From contig JAZKFH010000042.1 of assembly GCA_040386535.1 (NCBI GenBank), forward strand, positions 64,001-128,000: a stretch of DNA of 64,000 bases, read 5' to 3'. Of this stretch, positions 61,072 to 64,000 are shown piece by piece. Made by a program: the position numbers and the translations under genes. The stretch comes from Myxococcota bacterium. Lineage in GTDB: Bacteria > Myxococcota_A > UBA796 > SXON01. The number at the start of each line of letters is the position of its first letter. Position 1 is the stretch's first letter. A model generated the notes under the pieces. That model was given only the letters and a program-made list of their open reading frames with translations. It was not told the DNA's origin and did not search any database.

Positions 61072-63116
61072 GAGCGCCTCCGACGAACGAGCAGGAGGGG
61101 GAGGAGGAGGCCGACGGCCCACGGCGCGGGAGACGGCGACGTGGCGCAGCCGCAGTCCCCGGCGATGAGGGGTGGGCCGCTGACAGGATCCTGGCACACA
61201 CGGTCCGCGACGTCGCGGCCCTGCATCGCGAGGACGTACGCGCCGGCGCCAAACCCGAGCATGGGGGCGGGGCCGGCAAAGTCGGCGTTCGCCGGGTCGA
61301 GCAATTCGGGGAGGATGCGGTTGTTCGCCATCCCCTGCGCGGTGACCCAGTCCTCGAGCACAGCGGCGTCGTCGGGGCGGCAGGAGCGGCGGAGGGCCTC
61401 GGCGACGCGCAGGTCGATGACGATCCACTCGTGCTCGTCGTAGGTGCTGCCGTCGTCGTTGCGGTGGTAACCGGTGCCGGCGTCGACCTTGAGCTCGCGG
61501 TCCCACGCGGCGAGCGAGGCGGTGAAGCTGTCGCTGCGCGGATCGAGGATGCCGAGGTTGAAGACCTCGATCGCGGAGAGATCGAGGTAGCCCTCGGCCG
61601 CGTCGAGCTCCTCCTTGCTGCCGGCCAGGACCCCCGCGGCGTCGACGAGGTGCTCGGGGATGGCGGCCGCGATCTCGTCGGCTGCAGCTCGATATGTATC
61701 ACCGCGTGTATCACCGAGGGTGTCGGCGATCTCCGCCGCCGCCCGCAGCCCCTCCACCGCCCACGCGGACGAGTAGGTGAATTGCTTCTGCTTGCCGTTC
61801 CAGTGCCGCTCCCAGATGGAGGAGTCCGGCAGGAGCAGGCCCGTGTTCGGGTCGACCAGGCGCACGAGTACGTCGGCCACGCCGTCGAGCGCGCGGGGAG
61901 CCACGTCGTCGAGCAGCGTCGGGTCGCCTTCGACCACGTTCCCGAGCGCCCAGAGGTAGAGCCCGAAGTTGTCGAACTCGATGTTCGGCCCGTCGGCGTC
62001 GAGATCGGTCCACTCGGTGCCGTCGCCATACACGCGGCACACGCTCACCGCGTAGTCCGCGTCCCCGACGTAGGAGCGGTAGTCTCCGGTCTTCCCCTCC
62101 TGGATGAGGAAGCGCAGCGCGGCCGCGGCCTCCTCGGCGTAGCCGGCGTCGTTCAAGGCCACGATCGCGTAGGCGCCGTCGCGCACCCAGGCGATGTTCC
62201 AGATGTGTTGGAAGTCCCCGACCGGCGCCGAGAGCGGCAACGAGGCGGGGATCTGCCCGTGAGCGTCGCCCTCCTCGGCCACCTGGCCCATCTTGAGGAA
62301 GGCGAGCTGCTGGCGATACACCAGGGTCTCGTCCGCGGTGAGCCCCGCCGGCATCGTCCCGCGCGCGTGGAACAGCTCCCACAGGCCGCGCTCGAACTCC
62401 AGCCACTGCTCGGGATCGCCGTCGATCCAGTCGTGCCCGACGGTCGACGTGTGCACGCCCACCGTCCACGACTCCCCCGGCGCCAGCGACGGGATCGACC
62501 AGCCGAACGCCGGCACCACGTCGTCCCCCGCCGTGTTGCAGCCGCCGCCGATCCGCCCGCCCGCGTTGACCGTGTCGTAGACCGACGCACATGACACATC
62601 GGTGGCGTCGGGCGCCTGGTACGTCAGTGATACATCGGCGCCCGTCTCGCTCACGTCCTGCGCGCTCGCCGACCCGACGGACTCGGTGCCGCCGGTGTGC
62701 CAGTTGAGCAGCGCCACCATCTGGAACGCGGGTGTGGCGCTCGTCCCCGTGTTGGTGATGCGCGCCACCTGGGCGAGCCCGAAGCCGCCCATGGACATCG
62801 GCGCGAACGCGTACTCGGTGACCGCGAGGTCGCCGTAGGCGCGCTCGACCACGAGGATCCCGGTGCCGTCCTCGATCGTGGCGGACGCGGCCTCGGTGAG
62901 CCAGCCGCCGCCGCCGTCAAGGTCGGTGACGCCGAAGTAGGTGTCGTAGAGCACCTCCGGGGTCACGACGCCCGGGCTGTACTCCTGGTACAGGTGCGGG
63001 TACGCCTCGCCCAGGCGATCGTCGGAGAAGACCACCGCTCCGTAGCCGTTGGCGGTCACGAGCTTGGGGTAGCTGTAGTGGGGGGCGGCGCCGAGCAACA
63101 GCGAGATCGCGAGCAT
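61068..63116 (-). CDS. GH15-like glucoamylase with MYXO-CTERM-like tail
   Basis: IPAS, WNIAWVRDGAY, IEFDNFG, SSIWE; DCGCA-hydrophobic-RRRRS. Confidence 0.8.
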   Translation of the reverse strand: MLAISLLLGAAPHYSYPKLVTANGYGAVVFSDDRLGEAYPHLYQEYSPGVVTPEVLYDTYFGVTDLDGGGGWLTEAASATIEDGTGILVVERAYGDLAVTEYAFAPMSMGGFGLAQVARITNTGTSATPAFQMVALLNWHTGGTESVGSASAQDVSETGADVSLTYQAPDATDVSCASVYDTVNAGGRIGGGCNTAGDDVVPAFGWSIPSLAPGESWTVGVHTSTVGHDWIDGDPEQWLEFERGLWELFHARGTMPAGLTADETLVYRQQLAFLKMGQVAEEGDAHGQIPASLPLSAPVGDFQHIWNIAWVRDGAYAIVALNDAGYAEEAAAALRFLIQEGKTGDYRSYVGDADYAVSVCRVYGDGTEWTDLDADGPNIEFDNFGLYLWALGNVVEGDPTLLDDVAPRALDGVADVLVRLVDPNTGLLLPDSSIWERHWNGKQKQFTYSSAWAVEGLRAAAEIADTLGDTRGDTYRAAADEIAAAIPEHLVDAAGVLAGSKEELDAAEGYLDLSAIEVFNLGILDPRSDSFTASLAAWDRELKVDAGTGYHRNDDGSTYDEHEWIVIDLRVAEALRRSCRPDDAAVLEDWVTAQGMANNRILPELLDPANADFAGPAPMLGFGAGAYVLAMQGRDVADRVCQDPVSGPPLIAGDCGCATSPSPAPWAVGLLLPLLLVRRRRS

Positions 63117-63124
63117 GTCAGCTC

Positions 63125-64000
63125 CTACCGGTACGTCTGCGAGTTGATCCACCACTCCGCCCCGACGCCGACGAAGTGCTGCACCGGGCGGGACGAGCGG
63201 CTGTCCCGCTCGGCGTACCAGCTGCGTGCGTCCTCGTTGAGGAGCGAGAGCGTGTACTGGAGCCGCACCTGGGGGCGTGCGAACGTGCCGCGGCGGGGCT
63301 GCACCGCGGGGAGGAGCGAGAGCTTGGTGATCTCGGGGGTGCCCTGCTCACCGGTGCGCGCCAGGACCGAGTCCCGCCACATCCACTGGTGGGAGCCTTC
63401 GAGGCCGATGGAGAGCCACTTCGTCGGGTACGCGGACGGGCGCACCGCCAGGATCCACTCGTTGCCGTCGTCGAAGTCGACGTCCTCGCCGTCCGCGTCG
63501 GACCAGCCGCGCCAGTAGGCGCCCGCGGCCACACCCCACGGGCCGCCCTCGTGGTTGCCGGCGAGCGCGACGAGGTCTTCGCGGGCCGCGTTCACGGACC
63601 GGTCGATCGCGAGGCCGTCGGTCGGCACGGTGAGCTCGCCCGTGGCAGCGATACCCTGGGCGTGCTTGTAGAAGAGGTGGACGTAGCTGTCCTTCGCCCA
63701 GCCGAACGCGGAGACCTCGCCGCCCACGAGCCAGCCGGTCTCGGCGGGCAACGTTTGCGTCAGGGTGTCCTCCACCACCCGCTCTCCGGCGGGCAAGGTG
63801 TGGACCTCGCCGTAGAGCTTCGGGCGCAGACCGATGTCGTCGAAGCGGAACGTGTGCGAGCCCTTGAGCGAGGCGACCATGCGTTGCCGGTCGAGGACCG
63901 TGACCCACTCCGCGCCCACGCCGCCCGGGAGCGTCTCGGCCTGCTGCTGGTACTGCCACTCGTCGTCGGAGAGGCGGTTCAGCCCGACGTGCGCGCCGAC
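63125..64000 (-). CDS. Carbohydrate porin (LamB-like), 5'-truncated
   Basis: Frame open to the window edge. Amphipathic strands, RPQVRL.Y, C-terminal GVGAEWW; next to the glucan hydrolases. Confidence 0.7.
   Translation of the reverse strand, partial: VGAHVGLNRLSDDEWQYQQQAETLPGGVGAEWVTVLDRQRMVASLKGSHTFRFDDIGLRPKLYGEVHTLPAGERVVEDTLTQTLPAETGWLVGGEVSAFGWAKDSYVHLFYKHAQGIAATGELTVPTDGLAIDRSVNAAREDLVALAGNHEGGPWGVAAGAYWRGWSDADGEDVDFDDGNEWILAVRPSAYPTKWLSIGLEGSHQWMWRDSVLARTGEQGTPEITKLSLLPAVQPRRGTFARPQVRLQYTLSLLNEDARSWYAERDSRSSRPVQHFVGVGAEWWINSQTYR

Overview
Very GC-rich bacterial DNA, most consistent with a Myxococcota genome. That call is inferred from MYXO-CTERM-like C-terminal tails, FG-GAP/TPR/VIT surface proteins and many lipoproteins. 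The window holds about 45 CDSs. These include a DEAD-box helicase, pntAB, a Rieske oxygenase, a three-gene signalling operon (REC-pseudokinase, PilZ protein, double hybrid kinase), an ECF sigma/FecR locus, the four-gene ligase-associated DNA-damage operon, Hsp15 and a GH13/GH15/porin alpha-glucan locus. Two things stand out. (1) Downstream of tRNA-Arg(TCT) is a tandem array of integrase-less toxin-antitoxin-type cassettes: vapBC, an NTase pseudogene plus wHTH gene, and a vapBC relic. Each complete cassette ends in the same ~133-bp arm plus a copy of the tRNA 3' core GGGGCGCCAT, and that arm reads as an orphan 42-codon C-terminal gene fragment. (2) The AT-rich motif GATACA(TC)/(GA)TGTATC is strongly over-represented, mostly inside ORFs and often via rare codons, and is concentrated in the right half of the window. 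Start codons were adjusted by eye. All family assignments come from motif recognition, not database searches.
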